Positions 33,336-46,941 of a DNA stretch of 64,000 nucleotides are shown here, in pieces; the stretch's first letter is position 1, and each line of letters begins with the position of its first letter. The position numbers were made by a program, and so were the translations under genes. The stretch is from the human T2T-CHM13v2.0 reference genome, Homo sapiens, in NCBI RefSeq assembly GCF_009914755.1, contig NC_060942.1. One strand, written 5' to 3'. The notes under the pieces were generated by a model. It saw nothing but the letters and a program-made list of their open reading frames with translations, was not told the DNA's origin and ran no database searches.

Positions 33336-34700
33336 CGAGTCTATTCAGATTTTCTATATTTTTTGAGTTAAATTCAGTAACTTACCTTCTATTAGTAATC
33401 TGTTTCATCTAAGTTGTCTGATCTGTTGCCATGTATTTTCCATAGTATTTCTTTCAATTTCTATAAGGTCAGCAGTCTGACTTTATGGTCTCCTCTTTAA
33501 TTCCTGATTTTAGTAATCTGTCTCTTGTTTTATTTTATTAATAAATGTAACTAAAAGTTTATCAATTGTGTTAATCTTTTCCAAAACTAACTTTGGATTT
33601 CATTGATTTTTTTCCAATTTTGTTTTTGTTTTCTCTAATAATTTTTATTTTCTCTCCTGCTTGCTTTGGTTTCACTTTGTTCTTTTTCTAGCTTCTTAAT
33701 TTAGAAGCTTATGTTATTGACTTGAATCTTTTTTTTTCCTTTTCTGATATAGATGTTTAAAGCTATAAATCTAAATGCTGCTTTGGCTGCACTAAATATT
33801 AATTTTGGTATTCATTGTTTTTATTTTTACTCAGTGAAAATATTTTCTTCCTTCCCCTTTGACTTCCTTTTCAATCCATGATTTTAGATGTATATTAATT
33901 TTTAAATATTTGGGGATTTTTCCAAAATGTTGTTGTTGATTTCTGATTTAAATCTATAATGATTGGAGAATATATTTTCTGTGATTTCAATTCTTTTAAA
34001 TTTGTAAATTTTTAACAAATTTTTTAATTTTAAAAAAATTAAAATTTTTAAAGACTATTTTATATGTTATTAAAAATAATGTGTATTCTGCTATTGTTGG
34101 GTAGAGCAATCTATAGATAACAGTTCAGTCAAGTTGATTAGTAGTATTGTTCAAATCTTTTATACTTTGCTGATTTTTTGTTCAGTTGTTCCAGCAAGTA
34201 TTGAAAATGGTATATTGAAGACTGATGCTTGTTATTATAAAGTTGTTTCTTTTTCAATTTTGTCAATTTTTATTTCATGTGCCTTGGGACTCAGTTGTCA
34301 GACTTACATATATTTATAATTATTATGTCTTTCTTATTAATTTACCATTTTATCAGTATGAAATGACCTTCTTCATATATAGTAATGTTTCAAGCTTAAA
34401 GTTTGATATTAGTATAGCTACTTCATTTCTCTTTTATTTACTATTTGAATGATGTATCTTTTTCCATCCTTTTACTTTCAAGTTATTTATATATGAATCT
34501 GAAATGTATTATGGACCACATACATTTGGACCTTCTTATTTTATCTAGTTTGACAATCTTTGTCTTGTGGTTGAATGACTTAATTTATTTGCATTTAATG
34601 TAATTGTGATATGGTTGGATTTATGTCCTCTATTTTGCTGTTTTATTTTCTATATGCCCATCGATGTCTTACTCTTGTACTCCTTCCTTACTGCCTTTTT

Positions 34701-34706
<6 letters not shown>

Positions 34707-34736
<30 letters not shown>
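34707..34736. repeat. (TG)15 microsatellite
   Basis: Read directly from the sequence. Confidence 0.95.
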
Positions 34737-34740
<4 letters not shown>

Positions 34741-34949
34741 CACATTTTGTATAACATTTAAATTCCTTTACTGTTTTTTGGTGCTTCTAAAAATCATTGC
34801 TTTAGGGATTGCAATATGCTTCTTAACCTATTACAGTCTTCTTAAGGTGAATACCAACAGTATTCCAATAAAATATAAACTTTGTTTCAATGTAACATTT
34901 ACTCCTCTATTTGCTGTGCTGTTATTTTCATACAGATAATATTTTTATG

Positions 34950-35257
34950 TTTTGTTTATTTTATTTTTTGAGACAGGGACTTGCTCTGTCACCCAGCCTG
35001 GAGTGCAGTAGTGCAATCACAGCCTCAACTTCCCAGGGTCAGGTGATTCTCCCACCTCAGCATCCAAGTAGCTGGGACTACAGGCATGCACCACCACACC
35101 TACCTAATTTTGTTTGTTTGTTTGTTTGTTTGTTTTTTGTAGAGTTAGGTTTTCACCGTGTTGCCCAGGCTGGTCTCGAACTTCTGGGCTCAAGTGATGC
35201 ACCCACCTTGACCTCCCAAAATTCTGGGATTGCAGGGATGAGCCACTGCACCTAGCC
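34950..35257 (-). mobile_element. AluJ with (TTTG)n linker
   Basis: ttgcccaggctggtctcgaacttctgggctcaag. Confidence 0.92.
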
Positions 35258-36967
35258 ATATATTTATGTTATAATCCCAACAATACTGTTTTATACTTAA
35301 TTATTTTACGTAATTGTCTTATAAGGTAATTAAGAATACATATATACCTTTCCCTACAAGATGATCTTTTCTGGTATTCATTATTTCTGTAGACTCAAGT
35401 AACTGGTGTAATTTCTTTCTAACCTAAAAGATTTTCTGCAGCATTTCTTATAAAGGCAGCTCTACCAGCAGCTATTCTTTCAGTCTTTTTGTCATTGGTT
35501 TATTTTGTTTTTAAATATGTGGATGTCTATTTTGCCTTCATGCCTTCATTTTTGAAGGTTAGTTTTGCTGGATATAAAATTCTTAGTTGACAGTTTATTT
35601 TTTTCAAAACTTTGAATATGTCATCCCACTGCCTTTTGGCTTCATTGTTTCTCATAAGATGTCAGCTGTTAAATGTAATGTTCTCTGTGTGTGAAGAGTC
35701 ATTTCCCTTGCTCCTTTGGAGAATTTCTCATTGTCTTAGCTTTAGATAGTTTGACCAGGACTTATCTAGGTGTGGATCTCTTTGTGTTTATCCTACTTAC
35801 AATTTGTTGAGCTTCTTCGATGTGCCGATTAATGTTTTTCTGGTCAAATTAGGATGTTTTTGACTATAACTTTTCCAAATATTTTTCTGACACTTTATCT
35901 CTCTCCTCTTCTTCTGGCTCTCCCGTTTCATGTATCTAGATATGCTTTGTCTCCCACAGGTCTCTGAGACTGTTAGTTTTTATCATTCTTTTTTCTTTCT
36001 ACTCTTTAGGTTAAATAATCTCTATTAATCTGTTTTTAAGTTCACTGATTCTTCTGCTGTTTCCCTTCTGCTGTTGAGACCACCTTCTGAATTTTGCACT
36101 TAATTTTTTGTACTTTTCAATGCTAGCATTTCCATTTGGTTCTTTGTTGTAAAAAAAAATTCTCTCTCTTTATTGAGATTGTCTATTTGTTGCCATTGTT
36201 GTACTTACCTTTAATTCTTAAAATGTTTTCTTTTAGATCTTTCAACACATTTATTATAGCTGCTTTGAAGTTTTTCTTTACAAGTCCAATATTTGGGCTC
36301 CCTCAGAAACAGTTCCACTTTCTATTGATTGGCTTTTTTTCCCCCCAAGTATGGGTCACTCTTTTCTGTTTCTTTGCACTTCTTGTAATTTTTTATTTGA
36401 AAACTGGACATTTGATGTGATATATTATAACATCTTAGGCTTCTGATTCTTTCTCTCGAAAGTTGTTATTGCTGTCATTTTGTTGTTTTAGTGACTTGCC
36501 TGGATGCATTCTGTAGGGTTTGTCTCCCCTGCAGCATATGTCCACTGATGTCACTACTCAACCTTTTTTTTCTCTGAAGCCTAGCTTCATAGAGGATTGC
36601 CCTGAGTCAGCATAGCTTAATTTGAAAACAGATGATTATTGTTAATAAATTTTGCTCTAACAACTCAAGTCATTCTGGCTTCAACCCTTTGTCACTGATC
36701 CTGTCTGAGAGTTGAGCAATGCCTTTACTTTCTGCTATTCCTTCTCATGTCTTCTCTGTATTTGAGCAAGATATCATGTTCAAACAGAGACACTTAGATA
36801 ATTAAGGCCCTCTTTTAGTCTGTACTGAATGTGCACACAGACTTGAGCATGTATTCCTCCTTCTATGCCACCCAGTATATAGGAAGCTTATCAAGACTCC
36901 CTGTTGCTGTCTCGTTCCCCAGTGTCCTTGTTAAATATCTGACTGCCAGACACCTACCTGCCTCATC

Positions 36968-37062
36968 CAGTCAGTTCTGCTATAAGGTAACTTAAGTATT
37001 TCTAAAAGTAACCATGGTATGCAAAATCATACAATAAAAACACAGGGTTTATGGAGGAAAGT
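36968..37062. mobile_element. Tigger-like terminal fragment
   Basis: TIR-like cagtcagttctgctataa, plus about 70 bp similar to 37480-37548. Confidence 0.6.
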
Positions 37063-37456
37063 ACCATATTTTAAGATATCTCAGATGTCAAACATCGAGT
37101 GTAATAGTGTTCACGTTTAATTTAACAAACTATAGACCAAATACTTCAAGTTTTTGCTTCTCAACTTTCCTTAAAGCTCTGTTTAGCATTCACTTTTTGA
37201 GGTTGGGGTTGAGGGAATTCCTAGACCATTGTTTGATTATAATGTAATTGTTTTATTATAATTCTAGGGAATTTTAGACTATTGATTCAAAGTGTTCCTT
37301 TTCATCTTCATTAAGATTTATAGTGGTAGTTCCTGGAATTATGGGGAATGCAGACATTTTTTTCAAGAACAGTAACTATGGATCCTATCCGTCATCTCCC
37401 TTCCTTTATTGGGAGTTGGAGCTGATAGGAACGTGGTAAAGGAAAGGAGTATATTC

Positions 37457-39150
37457 AGGTCTCCTATAAGATGACATATATATTTCTAAAAATAACCAAG
37501 CTATGCAAAACCACATAGTAAAAAACACAAGGCTTGTGTGGGAAATGATATTGGGCCAAAAAACTCAAAATTTTAGGCCAGACATGGTGGCTCATGCCTG
37601 TAATCCCAGCACTTTGGGAGGCCAAGGCAGGTGGATCAACAGGTCAGGAGTTCAAGACCAGCCTGGCCAAGATGCTGAAACCTCATCTCTACTAAAAATA
37701 CAAAAAAAAATTAGCTGGGCATGGTGGCAACACACCTGTAATCCCAGCTGTTTGGGAGGCTGAGGCAGAGAATTTCTTAAACCCAGAGGCAGAGGTTGCA
37801 GTGAGCCGAGATCGCGCCACTGCACTCCAGCCTGGGCGACAGAGTAAGACTCCGGCTCAAAAAAAAAAAAAAAAAATTCAAAGCAACAGTTTAAAAAAAT
37901 AAGAACCTTATGAAAATAGCAGCAAAGTTTCACACTTGTTAAAATGTTAAAAATAAATACGATAAATATATATACAATCAGTATGGCAGTCCACCTTGAA
38001 ACAGACTTGAAGTTTAAGTGGGTATGATAAGAGTTGTATCTTGTAAGTTATTGTCAAGTAGTGGAAGTTGGGTTTTCAGAGAGAAGAAAGAAATTTATAT
38101 TACCAGATTTGGAAGATTGACCTGGGTTAGGAGTTAGCACTAAAAATCTCAGTAAGAATTCTTTTCTCCTTAATTCCTGAGGGATATTTTTTTGAATTTG
38201 AAATAGAGGTCTTTTGAGGTATACCTTTATAATAAATACCTGTTTTAACAAAATGGAAAATTTAATCCAACGTGTAGCCTTCTTCAGTTAACTCCTGTAT
38301 GGCTGCTAGAAATTTTTGCAACTTCTCAGCTACACTTGTAGCCTTACCAAGCAGCTGCAGTGCTGTTTGAAACCACTAATCCAGGTATTATTAGCATGAA
38401 AAGGAGCCACTTCTACAAGATTAATGATTTACATTTAAGGTCTTTCTGTATAAATAGTGCTTCCTTTTTGTGAAATCAATTATTTTGTTCTTTGGTCTTC
38501 ATTTCAAATGCTTACCAAGCATTCCATTTCTTTTTTTTTTTCTTTAGGCTGTTTTCTTTTTTAAAAATTTTTTGTTCTGCAAGTTTCCGTCATCTCATAG
38601 ACTGTTTCCTTATTGACTTCATAGTACTTGAAGTTATATCAGTCATAATCTTAAAACAAATTTTTGCTGAGTTGTCTGATAATCCTCAATGCAGATTCCT
38701 TAATGTTTATTGCTCAGCAGGTATCAGATTCTCCTGTTTCTTTCAGAATACTTTACTATTTCAGGCTTCTCAATATTTGAAGCCTTCCTTTTACATGTAC
38801 TGTTTGATGGTTTTGACCAAGATGTTCAGGCATTTGGGAGATGTTAATTGAGTATTTTCTTACATTCCAAAGTTCACAAATATGAAAGAATAGCATGGTA
38901 TGACTTTGTAATATAACACATGTGAGGAACCAAGATAAATGTTGGTTGTTTCAGATGTGCAATTTTGTAAATTCCACTGTTGCTCATATCAGGTGGGTGC
39001 AAGTCTATGTGTTCACCTAGTGTTTTGCCAAAAAGAATTGTGTTTAAGCAAACATGAAATTTGCATTGTGTTCAGATTTTTCTTGAATATATGAATCATG
39101 TTGAAACAGGTCCACCTTTTCAGAACAATGTTTTACACCTGAACTGACTG
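37457..39150. mobile_element. Old TcMar-Tigger element (Tigger12/13-like) with nested Alu
   Basis: Left subterminal gctatgcaaaaccac...cacaaggctt. Right end gaactgactg|ta is the inverse of cagtcagttc. Confidence 0.6.
37576..37876 (+). mobile_element. AluSg-type (Sg7-like)
   Basis: Variants ggccaagatg and gaggcagagaat. Poly(A) tail. Confidence 0.93.
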
Positions 39151-39909
39151 TATTCTAGATAATTTAGGTCAGTGCATCCCAAACTAAATGGTCTGTGGTG
39201 AAGGGCTATGTTTGGGTTTTTTGTTTGTTTATAATCTTCATGGACTGAAACTTTTGTAAAAATTTTTGTTAATAATTTCAACAGCCATAAATTATATTTC
39301 AGTTAACAGTCTGGCTGTTATCATTGAGAAAAATGACTAACTCAGTCAGGGACTGAATTAATTTAATGTTTGATGTTAGTTTTGATGAGGGCTTTTCTAT
39401 TTTTTATTTTATTTTTAGATGGCTTTTCATCTAAGAATAAACGTGAAAGCCTTGGGTTTTTGAACAGGTTCTCTCTTTCTTGGTAAGCCCTGAAATCCAA
39501 ATGTTGTTTCCAACCCTGTGAGACTACTTAAAGCTCCTCTTGGCTCCTCCACTGGCACTTCTTTTACATTTTAAATTAAATTTCTTTTAAAATGTCTTGA
39601 ACAGAAAAGCAATGACTAATGTTAAGGTCATCTTTTTTTGCTTACCTTCTATCTGAAATCTTGGCTCTTTCATGTTCTCAACACCTTGGTAACACTTCAG
39701 TGCCTTCAAACTAATTTTAAAAAATATTTTTTCCTATCATTCATTCTTGCAGGAAGTATGCAAAAATTGCATTATTATCCGCAATAGATTGTGCCTAAAC
39801 ATTTTGAGAATTTTGCTCTCCTAGACCCTGAAGAAATTTTATAGAGTACTTAATCTACAAATTTTAGAAAGGTTGTTGGTGCCTGATTTTTACATAAAAA
39901 GGTAGTTCC

Positions 39910-40159
39910 AGCTGGGCGCGGTGGCTCACACAGGTAATCCCAGCACTTTGGAAGGCCAAGACGGGTGGATCACCTGAGGTCAGTAGTTCGAGACCGGCAT
40001 GGCCAACACAGTGAAACCCCATCTCTACTAAAAATACAAAAAATTAGCTGGGTGTGATGGCACATGCCTGTAGTCCCAGCTACTCGGGAGGCTGAGGCAG
40101 GGGAAACACTTGAACCGAAATCGCGCCACTGCACTCCAGCCTGGGTGACAGAATGAGTG
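39910..40159 (+). mobile_element. AluSx-like, internally deleted and tailless
   Basis: ttgaacc|gaaatcgcgcc skips about 24 nt. No poly(A). Confidence 0.92.
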
Positions 40160-40429
40160 GTTCCTTTTTGTGCCTTGGCTAGGTATCTACCATCTGCCTA
40201 GTCTCCTGAATCTCCAAAGATTGTTCAATATAACTTGCAGATTGGAACATTTTAATTTTAATACAATTATTTCAGTTTAGGCTGTTAGTTTTGTGGTCTA
40301 TTGTAGGCCTTCCTTTTTGTCTTCTACTATCTCTCCATGTAAACTTCGTGTTTTGATTCCTTTGGGTACTGAGATAATCTGTCCTTTATTATTTCATTTC
40401 CTTCCACTGCCTATCACTTGGCTCATTGG

Positions 40430-40915
40430 CCATCTACTATATTAGATGGGCATAAGGAATTAAAAGTGAAACTTCTTCCATGGCACTGACACCATTTTTA
40501 TACTGGCTCCTTCCTAAAATTTTGGCTGCATCTATTTGCCATTGCCCTGTTCACTATGCTCTGGACTCCCTAGAGTTCACCCTACATATTTATTTTCATC
40601 ATCCCTGTCTTCAACTAATATTTTCCACTCTGCCAGAAATGTCCTACACCTCACACCCTCACATATACCTTTATTATTAATTCCAATTTGTCTTCCAAAA
40701 TTTCGCATAAATGTCAACTCTGCTATGAAACTTTTTCAACTTCCTTGCCCTCACTAAAGGCAAAACTAATTCCCCTGCTGCTGCTCTTTATATATAGCAC
40801 TCTTGATAGACTTTATCACGTAAAATGGTTTTCCCCTTTTGCCAAAATTTGAGGGCTGTGAGAGTTGGGACTCTGACTTACCAAGCCTGGCACCTAGCAC
40901 AGTATCCGGCAGATA
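40430..40915 (+). mobile_element. Degenerate L2
   Basis: aaatgtcaactctgctatgaaact...cctggcacctagcacagt. Confidence 0.55.
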
Positions 40916-42069
40916 CTTTCAGATCCCCATCCTGCCCGCTCATCTCAAGGTGGCAGCCTATACTTTTGGATAAAATTTTAAAGAGGGAGTATAATGACAC
41001 CAAGTGTGTTTATTCATAATATTTTGGTTATGCATACTACTCCCTTATAATGCTGGCCAAATATACAAGATTTGGCCTTTGGCTACAAAACTTTTGGCTA
41101 TTCCTATGTACCTTCCATTTAATAACTTGAAAAAAAATCATTCCTTCCAAAATGTCCAGCATCTTAATCCTTTCTTTTCCCATTTGGTACTAGAGCAGCA
41201 CTCAAATAAGCGAACAGAAGGAAAATATTTATTTTTAAGTATTTTTGAATAAGCTGTAAGACTGTATTTGTTTGGTAGTGTCTTCTCACACATTGGATAA
41301 CGACATTAACTGAAAAAGGATTTAGGGGAAAATGCAATTAACTTTACATTTTCTAAAGCCCTGCTTGTCCCAGATTTCCATAAATCTCTCTTCTGAATGT
41401 AATGCTGTATGTCTCCAAATGTGCTATCCTTCTTTATGATGTGAGAGTCACTTACGTTAAGGCTGATTTTTTTTTTTAACAACTCAACAAAGTAGGAGTC
41501 CTGAGGCAGTTGCCTTTTATTCAAGTATTATGTCTTACAACCTGTCTATTTGCCTATCCTTACTCTAGGTTGATACAGCACATATTTTTTAGTCATCCAA
41601 TACAATCTCTAGTTTTAAACCCTTTTCATGGAACATTGTAGAAGGCAATATAATAATGTGTGCTTTACGTTTAAATTCTCATTTCAAAAGCAAAAATTGC
41701 CCTAGTAATTTGCTATTTTACTGATCTAAACTAAAAAGCCATAAAGATCCCTATTTTTATGGCCTCTGTTTAAGACAGTTGAAATTTTCCTTGTGTTCAT
41801 AGAACTTTTTATCAGTCTGTAAACACTTGGACTGAGAAATTATAAACTGTGAGTGGCTGCTGGAATACACTAAATACATTTTAAGATAAGTTACCTGTTA
41901 AGTTCCTTAGGATACAAGTTAGTCCATTTAGCTGTTGCTGCTCCTGCTTCCTGCTTGTTGGTTCTTTCAATAAATATTCACTAATTTAAGTGTCTTTTAA
42001 TTGTAAAGAATGGTGTTATTGAAATATGAGGTTGAAAGTAACATTTTCTTTATCCCCAAGTTCCATACA

Positions 42070-42450
42070 GTATATTGGAGAGGTGCCAAAATCTATGCAA
42101 AAACCATTATTTATTGTGCATTGTGCACTGCTGTCTCTTACTGGGGATAACGCAATGAATAAAACATACATGGTCTGTGCCCTCAAAGAGTTCACAGTTT
42201 AAGAGAACTGTAAATAAATACTTAAACATCACAAGGAAAGTTAGAGATGTGAAAACAGCTAACACTTAACTGTCATGGAACAGGATGAAAAAAGTTCAAC
42301 AATAAAGGAATGAAATGCTCTTGCGGTGCCTGGGAAGGCACAACTAGTCTGAACTGGGGACATAGGAAAACCACAATGGAGGAAAATGATGCCAACTCAG
42401 CCTTGAATCATGAGTAGAACTTTGAAGACCAGAAAAAGAAGTTAGGGCAT
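42070..42450 (-). mobile_element. L2 3' end
   Basis: ctggggata...atgaataaaacatacatggtctgtgccctcaaagagttcacagt. Confidence 0.65.
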
Positions 42451-44019
42451 TTGAGCACTAGGAAACTCATTTTATTTTTATTTCTAAATAAAATATCTTC
42501 CCTTGTTTTTTTTACAGTAAACCAAACTAGCTAATAAACAATACTCTAAATTTTTAAAAGTCAGGATTTGTCACAATGTTAGTTAAAAGATTAAGATTTC
42601 TAAACAATCTTGAGACCCCCAAGGAAAGGCTAACCCTCCAAGGACAGCCATCTTAAATCTCTTCGGTTTGGTAGTTCTCTGTGCCTTCAGAAATGCTTCT
42701 CACTCAGTCTCTTTAATATCCCTGGTCTGATCTATAGCCACCTACACAAGGAAGAAATGAACATACAGGCTTAAGAAAGACTCTGATCTTTAGTAATAAG
42801 GCTGTGATTCACCTTGGGAAATCTTGGATAACAGTTTGGTCTTCTGTCTGTCTTATTTGTCTACAAATAGAGTGTGGGTTATACTTTTTGGTATTTCTTA
42901 AATACTGTTTTTCAGAGAGTTTATTTTCACTTGTTTGTCTCAGAAATACAGTGTACGTACTTTTTCCTTAACCAATAGCATAAATACAATATAAACTCTG
43001 ATCTCCCCTGCAGGGACAGCTGGGTTTGTGCAGATAGTGTTAATTTTATGTTTTCTAGAAAATGTATTAGAATTTTTTGTTAAAACTCTCTTTCATATGA
43101 CACAAATTCATCTTTGAATGAATTTAAAAGAACCCATTGAAACATCTGTCTATACCAAGTTCTGGTTTCTATTCCTGAGCCTGATTGTTACTGGAGGACA
43201 TAAAAGAGGTCAGTGAATGGTCCCTGGGAGTGCTGCTTGGTAGCCTCAGGATACTCTCTACAAACCAAACCAAGAGGGTGGCACCAAAAAAAGAAAAAAA
43301 AGGAAAAAGAAAAAAGGTCTATACATCTTATAGATCATTTTTTTATGTTGCGTCCTTAAATGAATCTTAGTATTAGTTGGCTTTATTCTCCTTTATGTTT
43401 TGTTTTTATTTTATACCTCTGAAGACTGTTCTCACCACTTCTTCCATGGGGTTCCCTTGTCTTTGCCTGTCTCATTTTCTCTTTAAAATTATTTCACCTT
43501 TTTCTGATCTGCATTAAATAATTCAAACTAGCATTATGCTTTTCTTTCTCATATACATTTAGAAAACCATGTATAAGACTGCTTTTTTTCTTTTGGCAAC
43601 TACATTTATATATGTGAAAATGATTTGAATCAGTACCATTGTTACATATTTCTGTGGTAAATGGCTGTCCCTTTTAAATCCCATCAAAATATTTATCAAA
43701 AATAAATATCCTCACAATTAGACGTTTGTCTTCTTCAACTTTCAGTTGTGTCTCTTTCAGGTTGAATGACCAGATATATAAATTGTGATGCTGATTTAAG
43801 TTATTCAGCATGTGAATCACATAAGGCAGTAACAGAGTTAGAGGAAATAGAACCAAGACATATTCAGTAATTTGCTCTAAGTCTGTTCATTGATAGCTGA
43901 ATGTTTACTGATTGGTATGATTTCTCATCTAGCCTTTTTCTTTTCTTTCATTTCCTTGATGTACAGCAACTTAATCCTGGTGTTTTTCAGCTCTTAAACG
44001 TAGCATAAACCATAGAGAT

Positions 44020-44170
44020 AATCAAACCCAACCCTCTCTTTTACAAATGACTAAACATGCTTAAGAGAGGTAAAGGGACTTACCTAAAACAACAGAACTC
44101 CTAACTAATAGTATTAGAATTATAATCAAGGTCTTTTGACCCTACATTGAGTATTCTGTCAATTGTTCCA
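44020..44170 (-). mobile_element. MIR
   Basis: tttacaaatga...agagaggtaaagggacttacctaa. Confidence 0.6.
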
Positions 44171-44822
44171 TGATGTCTCGTCATTTTTATAGCAACTCAA
44201 AAAATTTCAACTTTCACGAAATGTAGTAATGGTTAAATAACATAAGGTTTAAAAGAAATAACAGATTAGAGCAGAACTAAATGAAATTGAGAGCAAAAAA
44301 AAAACATATAAAAAGGGTCGGTGAAACAGTTGACTCTGAAAGGATAAACAAAATTGATAGACCACTTGCTAGATTAATAAGGAAAAAAAAGAAGATTCAA
44401 ATAAGCACACTCAGAAATCACAAAGGTGACGTTACAGCTGATACCACAGAAATACATATGATCCTCAGAGACTACTATGAACATCTCTATACATACAAAC
44501 TAGAAAGCCTAGAGGAAATGGATAAATTCCTGGAAACCCAAACCCTCCCAAGATTGAACCAATAAGAAGTTGAAATCCTAAACAGACCAAATAACGAGTT
44601 ATGAAATTGAATCAGTAATAAAAAATCTATCAAAGAAAACCCTGTACTAGATGGGTTCACAGCTACATTCTACCAGATGTTCAAAGCAGAGCTGGTACGA
44701 ATCTTACTGAAACTATTTTTAAAAATCAAGGAGGAGGAATTCCTCCCCAACTCATTCTACAAAACCATTATCTTCCTGATACCAAAATCTGGCAAAGACA
44801 CAATAAATAAGACTACAGGCCA

Positions 44823-45114
44823 GGCTGGGTGCAGTGGCTCCCACTGTAATCCCAGCACTTTGGGAGGCCAAGGCAGGCGGATCACTGAAGTCAGGAGTTC
44901 AAGACCAGCCTGGCCAACATGGTGAAACCCCATCTCTACTAAAAATACAAAAATTAGCCAGGCGTGGTGCTGGGTGCCTCTAATCCCAGCTATTTGGGAG
45001 GCTGAGGCAGGAGAATCACTTGAAACTAGGAGGTGGAGGTTGCAGTGAGCCAAGATCACGCCACTGCACTTTGGCCTAGGTGACACAGCAAGACTACGTC
45101 TCAAAAAAAAAAAA
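44823..45114 (+). mobile_element. AluSx/Sz nested in L1
   Basis: TSD actacaggcca on both sides. Confidence 0.95.
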
Positions 45115-46622
45115 ACTACAGGCCAGTATCCCTGATTAACATAGGTAGAGATTTTCTTAATAAAATATGAGAAAACCAAACCCAGCAACACATCAAAAGG
45201 ATAATTTATCACAATCAAGTGGATTTTATTCCTGAGATGCAACAATGGTTCAACATATGCAAATGAATAAATGTGATTCACTCCATAAACAGAATTAAAA
45301 ACCATATGATCACCTCAATAGATGCAGAAAAAGCTTTCAATAAAATCCAACATCTCTTCATGATAAAAACCCTCAACAAACTAGGTGTTAAAGAATATAC
45401 CTCAAAATAAAAAGAGGAACTTACGACAAATACACCGCAAACATCTTACCAAATGGAGAAAAGTTAAAAGCATTACCCCTAATAACTGGAACAAGACAAG
45501 TATGTTCACCTCACCATTCCTGTTCAACGTAGTACTGGAAGTCTAGCCAGAGCAATCAGACAAGATAAAGAAATAAAAGACATCCAAACAGAAAAAGAGG
45601 ACGTCAAATTATCTCTGTTCACTGACGACATAATCCTATATCTAAAAAAAAAACCCTAAAGATTTCTCCAAAAGGCTTCTAGAATCAATAAACAAATTCA
45701 CTAAGGTTTCAGAATACAGAATCGGCATTCAAAAAACCAATAGCATTTCTATACACCAATAACGTTCAAGCAGAGAACCAAATCAAGAACTCAATGCCAT
45801 TTACAATAGCCACACACACAAAAATGAAATACCTAGGAATACAGCTAACCAAGGAAGTGAGATCTCTACACGAACTAAAAAACAATGCTGAAATGTAACA
45901 GAGATGACAAAAACAGGTGGAAAAGCATCCCATGCTCATTAATGGGAAGAATCAATATCATTAAAATGACCATACTGCCCAAATCGATTTATAGATTCAG
46001 TGCAAACCCTATCAAGTTACCAACATCATTTTCATAGAATTAGAAAAAGCAGTTCTAAAATTCATATGGAACCAAAAATGAGTGCAAATAGCCAAAGCAG
46101 TCCTAAGCAAAAAGAACAAAGCTGGAGGCATCACATTACCTGATATGAAACTATGCTACAAGGAAATAGTAATCAGAATAGCATGATACTAGTACAAAAA
46201 TAGACACACAGACCAATGGAACAGAATCCAGAAATAAGGTAGCACATCTATAACCAACTTATCTTCATCAAAGTCAACAAAGGTACACAATGGAGAGAGG
46301 ATACCCTGTTCAATAAATGGTGCTGGGAAAATTGGCTAGCCATATGCAGAGGAAAGAAACTGGACTCTTATCTTTTACCATATATAAAAATACACTCAAG
46401 ATGGACTAAAGACTTACATGTGATACTTAAAACTATAAAAATTCTAGAAGAAAATATAGGAAAAACACACTTGGATATTGGCCTAAGCAAAGAATTTATG
46501 ACTAAGACCTCAAAAACAAATGCAACAGAAATAAAAATATATGAATGGGACATAATTAAATGAAAGAGCTTCTGCACAGCAAAAGAAACTATCAACAGAG
46601 TAAAAAGACAGCCTTAAGAATA

Positions 46623-46941
46623 GTATTAGTTCATTTTCACAGTGCTATAAAGAAATACCCAAGACTGGGTAATTTATAAAGGAAAGAGGTTTAATTGACC
46701 CACAGTTCCACATGGCTTGGTAGGCCTCCGGAAACTTACAATCATGGTGGGAGGGAAAGCAAACATATCCTTCTTCACGATCTTGTGAGAACTCACTCAC
46801 TATCACGAGAACAGCATGGGAGTAACCACCCCCATGATCCAGTCACCTCCCACAAGGTTCCTCCCCCAACACGTGAGGATTACAATTCAGATTACAATTC
46901 AAGATGAGATTTGGTTGGGTACACAGAGCCAGAACATGTCA
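46623..46941 (-). mobile_element. THE1D-like solo LTR nested in L1
   Basis: gactgggtaatttataaaggaaagaggtttaattgac...gagatttgg. TSD aatag. Has an internal deletion and a 12-bp tandem gattacaattca. Confidence 0.88.

Noticed and set aside
38492-38851. 119-aa hydrophobic ORF
   Set aside because: A T-rich strand of the decayed Tigger-like element that yields Phe/Leu-rich chance ORFs.
41751-41760. MEF2-like site ctatttttat
   Set aside because: Imperfect match, isolated, and common in AT-rich sequence.
44757-45305. 182-aa and similar Alu-containing ORFs (e.g. 13202, 25718, 32530, 51417)
   Set aside because: Typical antisense-Alu/L1 translations (e.g. [15 protein letters not shown]) with no coding support.
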